Source: a virus
Taxonomy: Duplodnaviria > Caudoviricetes
Virus record (IMG/VR): IMGVR_UViG_3300043414_000124
Location: 1-26,336 of that record
Reading direction: 5' to 3' (one strand)
DNA: 26,336 nt
Below are positions 18,822-24,437 of the stretch, in pieces. Position 1 is the first letter of the stretch. Each line of letters begins with the position of its first letter. Below the pieces are notes generated by a model that was not told the DNA's origin, did not search any database, and saw nothing but the letters and a program-made list of their open reading frames with translations. Made by a program: the position numbers and the translations under genes.

Positions 18822-18988
18822 AAATCACCTCCAAAATCAATTCCACAATGTTCGCAAGTAAAGTACCAAATCACAGTCACGTCATCAAAAGCGTGCCTAC
18901 CTAGGTCTCCAGCATCTCTGCCGCATTCGGGGCATTCATAGTCTTCACGCTCTTGTAAGTTGTTCTTTAAGCCATTCAATTCGTTCAT
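18818..18988 (-). CDS. Zinc-ribbon protein
   Basis: CPEC...CEHC. SD GGAG before ATG 18988. Confidence 0.6.
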   Translation of the reverse strand: MNELNGLKNNLQEREDYECPECGRDAGDLGRHAFDDVTVIWYFTCEHCGIDFGGDL

Positions 18989-19103
18989 TTTGTTGCTCCA
19001 ATTGTTTACATAAATACCAAACATATAACTCTAAAAAGCCTTTTGGGTCTGTTTTGGAATTACATTCGGCGACAATTTCTTGGTGGTCATTGCTAATGAC
19101 CAT
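18945..19103 (-). CDS. Hypothetical 52-aa protein (not in ORF track)
   Basis: MVISNDHQEIVAECNSKTDPKGFLELYVWYLCKQLEQQNERIEWLKEQLTRA*. SD GGAG; fills the gap in the operon. Confidence 0.55.
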   Translation of the reverse strand: MVISNDHQEIVAECNSKTDPKGFLELYVWYLCKQLEQQNERIEWLKEQLTRA

Positions 19104-19290
19104 GCTTTTGCTCCCACATCAGTTCGGCCTGGACTGTCTTAAGTTCATGGCGCGTGTTGTCCAAAATGTCGCAAACGTCACGGAGATAAGCCCGCAGCGC
19201 TCCGACTTCGTACGCCAACCGGTCAGCAGGGTCAGCGTTGTATTTCAAGCTATGCGTCTCGGCAGCTTTGATAAGTTCGTCAGCGTTCAT
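19093..19290 (-). CDS. Hypothetical protein
   Basis: 65 aa (DRLAYEVGALR), ATGA overlap. Confidence 0.6.
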   Translation of the reverse strand: MNADELIKAAETHSLKYNADPADRLAYEVGALRAYLRDVCDILDNTRHELKTVQAELMWEQKHGH

Positions 19291-19499
19291 GGCTCAAGCC
19301 TTTCATTGATGTAGGTGGTTAAATATTCGCGGGTTTTGTCGTTAAGGTATTCAAACCATTCCAAGCCGCCATAACGCACGGAGTAAACGACCAGCGTGTC
19401 CATGTCGGTGTCCCATTCGTAGGTCACTTCCAGCTTGGCAAACTCTCCGTCATCTTTTAAGTCCCATTCAACTTCGCGGGTGGTGTCGTATACAGTCAT
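19287..19499 (-). CDS. Hypothetical acidic protein
   Basis: 70 aa from ATG 19499 with SD GGAGG. Confidence 0.6.
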   Translation of the reverse strand: MTVYDTTREVEWDLKDDGEFAKLEVTYEWDTDMDTLVVYSVRYGGLEWFEYLNDKTREYLTTYINERLEP

Positions 19500-19588
19500 A
19501 CGCCGCCTCCAACAAAGTAGCCGATGGTGTAGCTGATGACGGCTACGCTTACGATAACGATGATTGCGTCCCAATCGTGTTTAGTCAT
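19496..19588 (-). CDS. Small single-pass membrane protein, 30 aa (not in ORF track)
   Basis: MTKHDWDAIIVIVSVAVISYTIGYFVGGGV*. SD GAGGAG, ATGA overlap downstream. Confidence 0.6.
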   Translation of the reverse strand: MTKHDWDAIIVIVSVAVISYTIGYFVGGGV

Positions 19589-19591
19589 TTT

Positions 19592-19801
19592 TTACTCCTC
19601 AATGTTTGCAATTTCTTTGGCATAAACAACAGCTTTATCCAACATTGAAAACGGAAAAATGCGTACATTTCCAACAATCATTTCGGCATCGGTATCTACC
19701 AAAGTGACTGCATAGCCTTTGTTGATTTTTGTTACCAAAGATGCAATGCCGTAAAACGGATTGATAAAAGTTGCCATTTGGTTGGTAGTTGCGTTAATCA
19801 T
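19592..19801 (-). CDS. Hypothetical early protein
   Basis: 69 aa from ATG 19801 (SD AAAGG). First gene after the second leftward promoter. Confidence 0.6.
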   Translation of the reverse strand: MINATTNQMATFINPFYGIASLVTKINKGYAVTLVDTDAEMIVGNVRIFPFSMLDKAVVYAKEIANIEE

Positions 19802-19811
19802 AAAAACCTTT

Positions 19812-19910
19812 CTTGGGGTCAAAACATCGCGGGATGCGACAAGAGAATTGTAAGCTGGCTTTACTGTTTTTTGTAGGAATTTTTAATTTTTTTTATAGGG
19901 ACAAACCCTA
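19812..19910 (-). promoter_or_regulatory. Leftward early promoter module 2 (leader hairpin, -10 TACAAT, operator, upstream palindrome)
   Basis: Minus strand reads GTAAAGCCAGCT-TACAAT (19864-19847), with TAGGG-ACAAA-CCCTA at 19896-19910. Duplicates the module at 20508-20614. Confidence 0.7.
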
Positions 19911-19911
19911 A

Positions 19912-20493
19912 TTAAGCCGCTAAACGTCCTACAGCACCGTAACCGTAGCCATCATCACCAAGGAATCCAACACGCTTTAAAGTTTTGCTTGGAGCCGTAT
20001 CATCCATGCTGTATTGGCTAACAATTTCACGAATGATGCGTTCAACTTGACTTGGCATATAACCGCGAGATTCGCTATCAGCATTAGGGCCAATTGCTTT
20101 GATGTAAGCGCCAAAACATTCGTTTGTGTCAATCAAAATTTCGTTTTTAAAACCGTAATTTTTGCAAACATCAGTAGCCGCTTTCGTAAGAATTTCAACG
20201 CTGAAATCGCGATTTACAAAAATAAAGTCCGCGCCAAACCGAACTTCTTGACCATCCAAAGCGCCGTAGTTGCTACCTTTGTAATCGGTCATTCCGTCAA
20301 AGTAAGAACCTTCAAACATACCGGCAATAGCTTTCACTTGTTCGTAAGTTGGGCCATCGGTGTAGCGAATGTTAATGCTGGCCCCGCCTGAGTAAACACT
20401 GCTACGAACAGCAAATTTGACACCAGGAAAAGACTCTTTGAGAGCTGCACGAACTAACTTAGCGGTTTCTGCACAAGAGAGATATTGACGCAT
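19912..20493 (-). CDS. LPD29-domain protein (large polyvalent protein-associated domain)
   Basis: ETAKLVR.ALKE.FPGVKF.VRS..YSGGASI.I.YTDGP...QV......F.G..FDGM.DY matches the LPD29 pattern. Strong SD AAGGAG. Confidence 0.78.
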   Translation of the reverse strand: MRQYLSCAETAKLVRAALKESFPGVKFAVRSSVYSGGASINIRYTDGPTYEQVKAIAGMFEGSYFDGMTDYKGSNYGALDGQEVRFGADFIFVNRDFSVEILTKAATDVCKNYGFKNEILIDTNECFGAYIKAIGPNADSESRGYMPSQVERIIREIVSQYSMDDTAPSKTLKRVGFLGDDGYGYGAVGRLAA

Positions 20494-20507
20494 TTTTAAC
20501 TCCTTAA

Positions 20508-20651
20508 AAACCCTGTTTGGGTCAAAACATCACGTTGTTGTGATGCCTCTATTGTAAGCCAGCTAAACATTATTTAAACAAACAAAGTTGCGAAATGCTA
20601 TAGGGATAACCCTAATGCACAAAACCAATTAAGCCAGCTTACAATCAGAGG
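20508..20651. promoter_or_regulatory. Divergent early promoters (PL/PR-like) with AAGC-NN-GCT(T) operators and a central TAGGG-ATAA-CCCTA palindrome
   Basis: ATTGTAAGCCAGCTAAAC (20551-20568; leftward TACAAT), TTAAGCCAGCTTACAAT (20629-20645; rightward TACAAT), palindrome at 20601-20614. Confidence 0.75.
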
Positions 20652-20804
20652 ATGGACAAAAGAGAAGCAATCAAACGCGCAGGCACAGCAAGCAAACTGG
20701 CAAAAATTTTAGGCATCAGCAATTCAGCAGTTTCCCAATGGAAAGCAATTCCAGAGGCCAGGCTGTGGCAGCTCAAAGCGATGAGGCCAGAATGGTTTTT
20801 GTAA
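20652..20804 (+). CDS. cro: Cro-like HTH repressor, 50 aa (not in ORF track)
   Basis: MDKREAIKRAGTASKLAKILGISNSAVSQWKAIPEARLWQLKAMRPEWFL*: the G....LA..LGIS..AVSQW..IP..R..QL Cro signature. First rightward gene. Confidence 0.9.
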   Translation: MDKREAIKRAGTASKLAKILGISNSAVSQWKAIPEARLWQLKAMRPEWFL

Positions 20805-20905
20805 ACATCTTGTTTGCCGTTCTAGGCGTGCTGGTGCTGTTGATTGGCGAAGCGCCTTGGTGGGGCTGGATGATTTTTCTGTACTTGTGTTTCACAATAG
20901 GGTAA
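20792..20905 (+). CDS. Small membrane protein, 37 aa (not in ORF track)
   Basis: MVFVNILFAVLGVLVLLIGEAPWWGWMIFLYLCFTIG*. Overlaps the end of cro; GAGG upstream. Confidence 0.5.
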   Translation: MVFVNILFAVLGVLVLLIGEAPWWGWMIFLYLCFTIG

Positions 20906-20910
20906 TATTT

Positions 20911-20980
20911 GGGCACGGCTACCTTTAGCGGGGGAAAAGACGATTCGTTACCGTCCTGCCGATGTTCTTTTCAGTAACGC
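20911..20980 (+). ncRNA. Candidate structured cis-regulatory RNA (three-way junction plus pseudoknot) in the initiator leader
   Basis: P1 GGGCA-CGGC / GCCG-A-TGTTC; P2 CCTT-TAGC-GGGG; P3 GACG-ATTCGTTAC-CGTC. Loop CGTTAC (20946-51) is complementary to GTAACG (20974-79). Confidence 0.55.
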
Positions 20981-21004
20981 AAACCGAGAACGTAAGGTTA
21001 AAAA

Positions 21005-21685
21005 ATGCACTACTACCAATTCAACATTGGTGATTACGTCAGCCATACACGGCATCTTTCCCCAATTGAAGACATAGCATATCGGCGCTTGCTGGATGCC
21101 TACTATTTGAGTGAACGCCCGTTGAACAGCGGTTTAACGGTTGTTGCACGGCAGATAGGTTTACGGGATTTTGAACAAGAAGTCAAAATTGTCCTTGATG
21201 AGTTTTTTAAGCTGACTGAAGACGGTTGGATTAACGCTCGCGCAGACAAGGAAATTGCTCATTTCAAAGGGAAAATTGAGCAAGCATCCAAGGCCGGTAA
21301 AGCATCTGCTGAACGGAGAAGCAACGCCCGTTCAACGGACGTTCAACCAACCAATAACCAAGAACCAATAACCAATAACCATAAACCAAAGAATACAAAT
21401 ACAGTCGCCCCGCCTGTCGGCGTGACGGATTCTGTTTGGCAAGATTGGTTAAAGCTAAGAAAAGCAAAAAAAGCAGCGGTGACCAAAACCGCACTTGACG
21501 GTATAGAGCGCGAGGCGGGCAAAGCAGGGATCAGCCTACAGGTAGCCTTGGAAACGTGCTGTGAACGCGGCTGGACGGGTTTTAAGGCCGAATGGATGGC
21601 ATCTAAGCCGCAAGACAAGAACCTTGGAGCAGCCAGGGCAATCTTTGGTGACGAAAGGAACTTCAATGTCCTCCAAATTACCTGA
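21005..21685 (+). CDS. Replication initiator, DUF1376/YdaU family
   Basis: MHYYQFNIGDY...T.HLS..ED.AYRRLLD.YY.SE.PL N-terminus, W.N.RAD.EI, and C-terminal W.DW...RK.KKA..T...C.RGW.GFKAEW. Contains internal iterons. Confidence 0.88.
   Translation: MHYYQFNIGDYVSHTRHLSPIEDIAYRRLLDAYYLSERPLNSGLTVVARQIGLRDFEQEVKIVLDEFFKLTEDGWINARADKEIAHFKGKIEQASKAGKASAERRSNARSTDVQPTNNQEPITNNHKPKNTNTVAPPVGVTDSVWQDWLKLRKAKKAAVTKTALDGIEREAGKAGISLQVALETCCERGWTGFKAEWMASKPQDKNLGAARAIFGDERNFNVLQIT
21109..21390 (+). repeat. Putative replication origin: two clusters of 11-bp iterons plus six 7-bp AACCAAN repeats
   Basis: 21109-21152 GAGTGAACGCC/CGTTGAACAGC/GGTTTAACGGT/TGTTGCACGGC; 21307-21350 TGCTGAACGGA/GAAGCAACGCC/CGTTCAACGGA/CGTTCAACCAA; 21349-21390 AACCAAT,AACCAAG,AACCAAT,AACCAAT,AACCATA,AACCAAA. 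Confidence 0.7.
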
Positions 21686-22034
21686 TGGCTGGATTCAGAA
21701 AGTGTTTGCCACGATGCAGGGCAATTACGGCACTCGGTTTATGAACCAATGGAAAACAGGCCAGGTGCTGCCAGACGGGTCGGATGCCGGTGTGGTCAAC
21801 GCCATGAATCACTGGTCGGAAAAGATGGCGGGTTTTAGCGCGGCAACCATCAAACGTGCGCTGGAGAACTTACCCGAGGAGCCGCCCAGCCTGCCGCAAT
21901 GGATAAATTTGTTGCGCCGAAGCTATGTTGAGCCGCCAGTTTTACGGTTGGGCAATGAATTGACTTCCGAGCAAATAGCAAAAAACAAGGCCAGGATTGC
22001 CGAATTGATTGCGAAAGTGAAATCCAATGTATGA
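21666..22034 (+). CDS. Putative helicase loader (lambda P position)
   Basis: I.KVF..M.G.YGTRF..QW ... W...M.GFS...I.RAL..LP..PPSLP....L pattern, directly after the initiator. SD AAGGA before ATG 21666. Confidence 0.62.
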   Translation: MSSKLPDGWIQKVFATMQGNYGTRFMNQWKTGQVLPDGSDAGVVNAMNHWSEKMAGFSAATIKRALENLPEEPPSLPQWINLLRRSYVEPPVLRLGNELTSEQIAKNKARIAELIAKVKSNV

Positions 22035-22200
22035 CCCCAAAGCAATCCGCGCCCGTGTTTTTGCTGACATGGTGCGCTTATGCTGTTTGCCAGCTTGGAA
22101 AGATTGGGCCTGGCGCGAAGTGCAGCGCATGGATGAAGATGACTTGTTTGCGGGCATCAAAGCTCACGTTTTGAAAGAAATGAATGCGACACGCAGCTAG
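22027..22200 (+). CDS. Hypothetical 57-aa protein (not in ORF track)
   Basis: MYDPKAIRARVFADMVRLCCLPAWKDWAWREVQRMDEDDLFAGIKAHVLKEMNATRS*. Overlaps both neighbours. Confidence 0.6.
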   Translation: MYDPKAIRARVFADMVRLCCLPAWKDWAWREVQRMDEDDLFAGIKAHVLKEMNATRS

Positions 22201-22477
22201 GGTTGACGGAAATCAGGCCGCCATTGTTGCCGCACTAAGGGCATCAGGAGCCTCTGTATTCGTTCTAAAGCTGCCGGTAGACCTTTTGGTAGGTTACGCG
22301 GGGAAAACGGCGCTGGTGGAGATTAAAGACCTGAGTAGCAGATATGGCAGAAAAGGGCTAAACCAAAACCAAAGCGCGTTTTTGATGGGTTGGAATGGCG
22401 GGACAGTCGCCTTGATTGACTCGGTGGAAGCCGCGCAAAACCTGATAAGGATGATGAGTGATCGTTCATCTGTATAG
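22184..22477 (+). CDS. VRR-NUC-like PD-(D/E)xK nuclease (putative Holliday junction resolvase)
   Basis: AARVD.NQ..IV.ALR..GASV ... PVDLLVGY.G.T.LVEIKD motif. Confidence 0.78.
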   Translation: MRHAARVDGNQAAIVAALRASGASVFVLKLPVDLLVGYAGKTALVEIKDLSSRYGRKGLNQNQSAFLMGWNGGTVALIDSVEAAQNLIRMMSDRSSV

Positions 22478-22859
22478 CCCCACTCAGGCCGCTACGGTCA
22501 TGAAAGACCTATGGCCCAAGGTCAAAGACTCGCTGGCGCTTGGAAAAAAAATGCGCTTAGAGATTAAGCAAAGCAGGCGCAGCACCGAGCAAAACGATAT
22601 GTTTCACAGCATCATTGCCCAAATTGCCAAAAAAATGGGCGAAGCAGGGTCAAAGTGGAGTGCTGATGATTGGAAACGCCTCTTAATTGACCAATGGGCG
22701 CATGAAACTGGACGAAGAATCGGCAAGGTGGCGCCGAGCCTGGACGGTGAAAGGGTTGTTCAGCTTGGGTTACAAAGTCACAAATTCACCATTGAGGATT
22801 CCTCGGAATTCATCGAATGGCTTATGGCATGGGCAACAGAAAAAGGAATTGACGTATGA
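22458..22859 (+). CDS. ninB: NinB-family recombination protein
   Basis: RS.EQN..FH.I...IA......G.KW..DDWK.L..D.W ... G.QS..F.....SEFIE...A...E.G: NinB pattern. Confidence 0.82.
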   Translation: MIVHLYSPTQAATVMKDLWPKVKDSLALGKKMRLEIKQSRRSTEQNDMFHSIIAQIAKKMGEAGSKWSADDWKRLLIDQWAHETGRRIGKVAPSLDGERVVQLGLQSHKFTIEDSSEFIEWLMAWATEKGIDV

Positions 22860-23047
22860 AATGTCCGTTTTGCGCCGCATGGACTTTTGTGAAACAAACG
22901 ATCATAAATGACGATAATTCAAGGAAAAGACGATATGAATGCGGAAACGAACACCGATTTTGGACGCTCGAAACTATCGTATGTGAGAAGCAAAAAGTTG
23001 TTAAAAGCCGCCCGCGCCTTACCCTGTCAGCATTGCGGGCAGGATGA
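22856..23047 (+). CDS. Zinc-ribbon protein (NrdR-N/Ogr-like)
   Basis: MKCPFC..WT.V..T.......RRYEC.N.HRF.T.E motif. ATGA overlap with ninB. Confidence 0.7.
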   Translation: MKCPFCAAWTFVKQTIINDDNSRKRRYECGNEHRFWTLETIVCEKQKVVKSRPRLTLSALRAG

Positions 23048-23279
23048 TGGGACGGTGGTCGCAGCACATACAAACTGGGGTGGCGGCAAAGGACGGGGCA
23101 TAAAAGCCTCAGACGATTTGATAGCCAGCCTATGCTTTCGGTGTCACTTTGATCTAGACCAAGGCGCAAATTTAACAAAGAATGAACGCCAGGTTTTATG
23201 GCAAGCCGCCCATGAACGAACGGTCAAAAAATTGTGCGACAATGGATTGTGGCCCATTGACGTACCTAGACCTTTGTGA
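22935..23279 (+). CDS. DUF1364/DUF968-like Zn-binding putative nuclease
   Basis: YVRSKKLL.AAR.LPCQHCG..DGTVVAAH.N...GKG.GIKASD...A.LC..CH..LDQG. ATG 22935 follows AAGGA. Confidence 0.8.
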   Translation: MNAETNTDFGRSKLSYVRSKKLLKAARALPCQHCGQDDGTVVAAHTNWGGGKGRGIKASDDLIASLCFRCHFDLDQGANLTKNERQVLWQAAHERTVKKLCDNGLWPIDVPRPL

Positions 23280-23291
23280 GATATTAAGCAA
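23257..23291 (+). promoter_or_regulatory. Putative sigma70 promoter (leaderless) for the rightward late block
   Basis: TTGACG-17 bp-GATATT with extended TG. ATG 23292 lies 6 nt after the -10 and has no SD. Confidence 0.45.
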
Positions 23292-23651
23292 ATGAACGAC
23301 GAAATGGCAGAATTTGCAAGTGCTTTGCTGCATAGCAGCACGGTTGCTCATTTTATGCATTGGTCAACAAATTCCTATGCCCAGCACAAAGCCTTGGGAA
23401 AGTATTACGAAAACATCATTGACCTTACCGACCAGCTGGTTGAGGCGTACATGGGCCGGTACGAACAGCTTAAAAAATTCCCTTCTGAGTTTCACAACGC
23501 CGATGATCCGGTGAAGTACTTAGAGGGCATCAAATCCTTTGTGGCAGAGGCGAGAACGCATCTTCCGCAGGATACGGCGCTGCAAAATCTCATTGACGAG
23601 ATTGCAGACTTGATCAATTCCACCGTTTTCAAACTCAAATACTTGGAGTAA
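23292..23651 (+). CDS. Ferritin/Dps-like four-helix protein (DUF5856-type)
   Basis: H..HW.T.SYA.HKALG.YY..I.DL.D.L.E.Y.G.Y and LQN.IDEI..LI.ST..KL..L motifs. Confidence 0.78.
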   Translation: MNDEMAEFASALLHSSTVAHFMHWSTNSYAQHKALGKYYENIIDLTDQLVEAYMGRYEQLKKFPSEFHNADDPVKYLEGIKSFVAEARTHLPQDTALQNLIDEIADLINSTVFKLKYLE

Positions 23652-23653
23652 TT

Positions 23654-23872
23654 ATGAAAAAAGAAATCATGACCAACGAGCCTAAAGGCTACGGCACTAA
23701 GGCCCAGATGAAGGGCAACTCTGCTAGTTCTGACAGCACCGGCGAGAAGCGCGAAAAAATGATTGGCGGCATGGTTGCTGATGCAAAAATGAATAAAGCT
23801 ATGCCTAGCGAATTTTCTGGTGGACGTTCTGAAGGCAATTGCTACGTCCACGGACGTATGTCCAACCAATAA
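23654..23872 (+). CDS. Hypothetical low-complexity protein
   Basis: 72 aa, G/K/M/S-rich, SD GGAG. Confidence 0.6.
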   Translation: MKKEIMTNEPKGYGTKAQMKGNSASSDSTGEKREKMIGGMVADAKMNKAMPSEFSGGRSEGNCYVHGRMSNQ

Positions 23873-23937
23873 AAGCGATGCCCCACTGGTCATAACCCAG
23901 CAGGGCATCTAGCCATCTAATTAAACAAGGTAACTAA

Positions 23938-24189
23938 ATGGTTGAATCGAATTTTAAATGCGGAAACTGTCAATATTTCCAAAGCCGCCAAATTATGGGC
24001 GTTTGTCGCTTGTATCCTGAGCAACAGAACAAGCACGAATCTGATTGGTGCGGTCAGCACAAGGAAAAGCAAGTAGAGATGGTCAAATTGCCGGTGTACG
24101 ACATTACGACTGACAAAACAACAGAAGTAGTGATGGCCCGTCCAAAACGCAAATACACAAGGAAATCAGATGTTTCGCCCGCTGCATGA
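23938..24189 (+). CDS. Small 4-Cys metal-binding protein (HiPIP-like spacing)
   Basis: CGNCQYF...GVCRLYP...WCGQH, with a basic C-terminal RPKRKYTRK. Confidence 0.6.
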   Translation: MVESNFKCGNCQYFQSRQIMGVCRLYPEQQNKHESDWCGQHKEKQVEMVKLPVYDITTDKTTEVVMARPKRKYTRKSDVSPAA

Positions 24190-24427
24190 CCGTGTTGTAG
24201 TGCGTCCAAAGGTTCGCCAGCTATCGGATATCATCATTGTGAACAACAAAGAACCCTTTAACGAGGGAACGGTTGTAGCAGTTGGGCCAAATGTATTTGA
24301 GACCCAAGTAGGCGATTTCATTAAATACGGCAATGGGGACTACCTTAACTGGCCTACCCAACGCCTGGACGGTCAGGATTATCAGATAATCCAAGAGGCC
24401 GATATTTGTGCGGTAGTAGATTTTTAA
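24170..24427 (+). CDS. groES: Phage co-chaperonin GroES (Cpn10)-like
   Basis: RPLHDRVVVR ... EGTVVAVGP ... VGD...YG ... DGQDY.II.E.DI.AVV. Confidence 0.85.
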   Translation: MFRPLHDRVVVRPKVRQLSDIIIVNNKEPFNEGTVVAVGPNVFETQVGDFIKYGNGDYLNWPTQRLDGQDYQIIQEADICAVVDF

Positions 24428-24437
24428 GGAACTTATC

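Noticed and set aside
19084-19102. Perfect hairpin TGGTCATT-GCT-AATGACCA at a gene junction
   Set aside because: Short, no U-tract, single occurrence; cannot be distinguished from chance.
16273-19314. Plus-strand ORFs over the leftward operon (e.g. 16273-16686, 16873-17373, 17975-18256, 19054-19314)
   Set aside because: Antisense to overlap-coupled genes with recognisable motifs; no SD or protein-like features.
20601-20618. TAGGGATAAC matches the first 10 nt of the I-SceI site
   Set aside because: The remaining bases differ, and the sequence is better explained as the TAGGG-N-CCCTA palindrome repeated at 19896.
20911-20980. Hammerhead ribozyme or tRNA
   Set aside because: A three-way junction with GAAA is present but the CUGANGA core is absent. 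No T-loop/D-loop consensus or cloverleaf.
21349-21390. Short tandem repeats as a CRISPR or contingency locus
   Set aside because: 7-bp units without spacers, inside the initiator gene. Consistent with an origin element; no cas genes.
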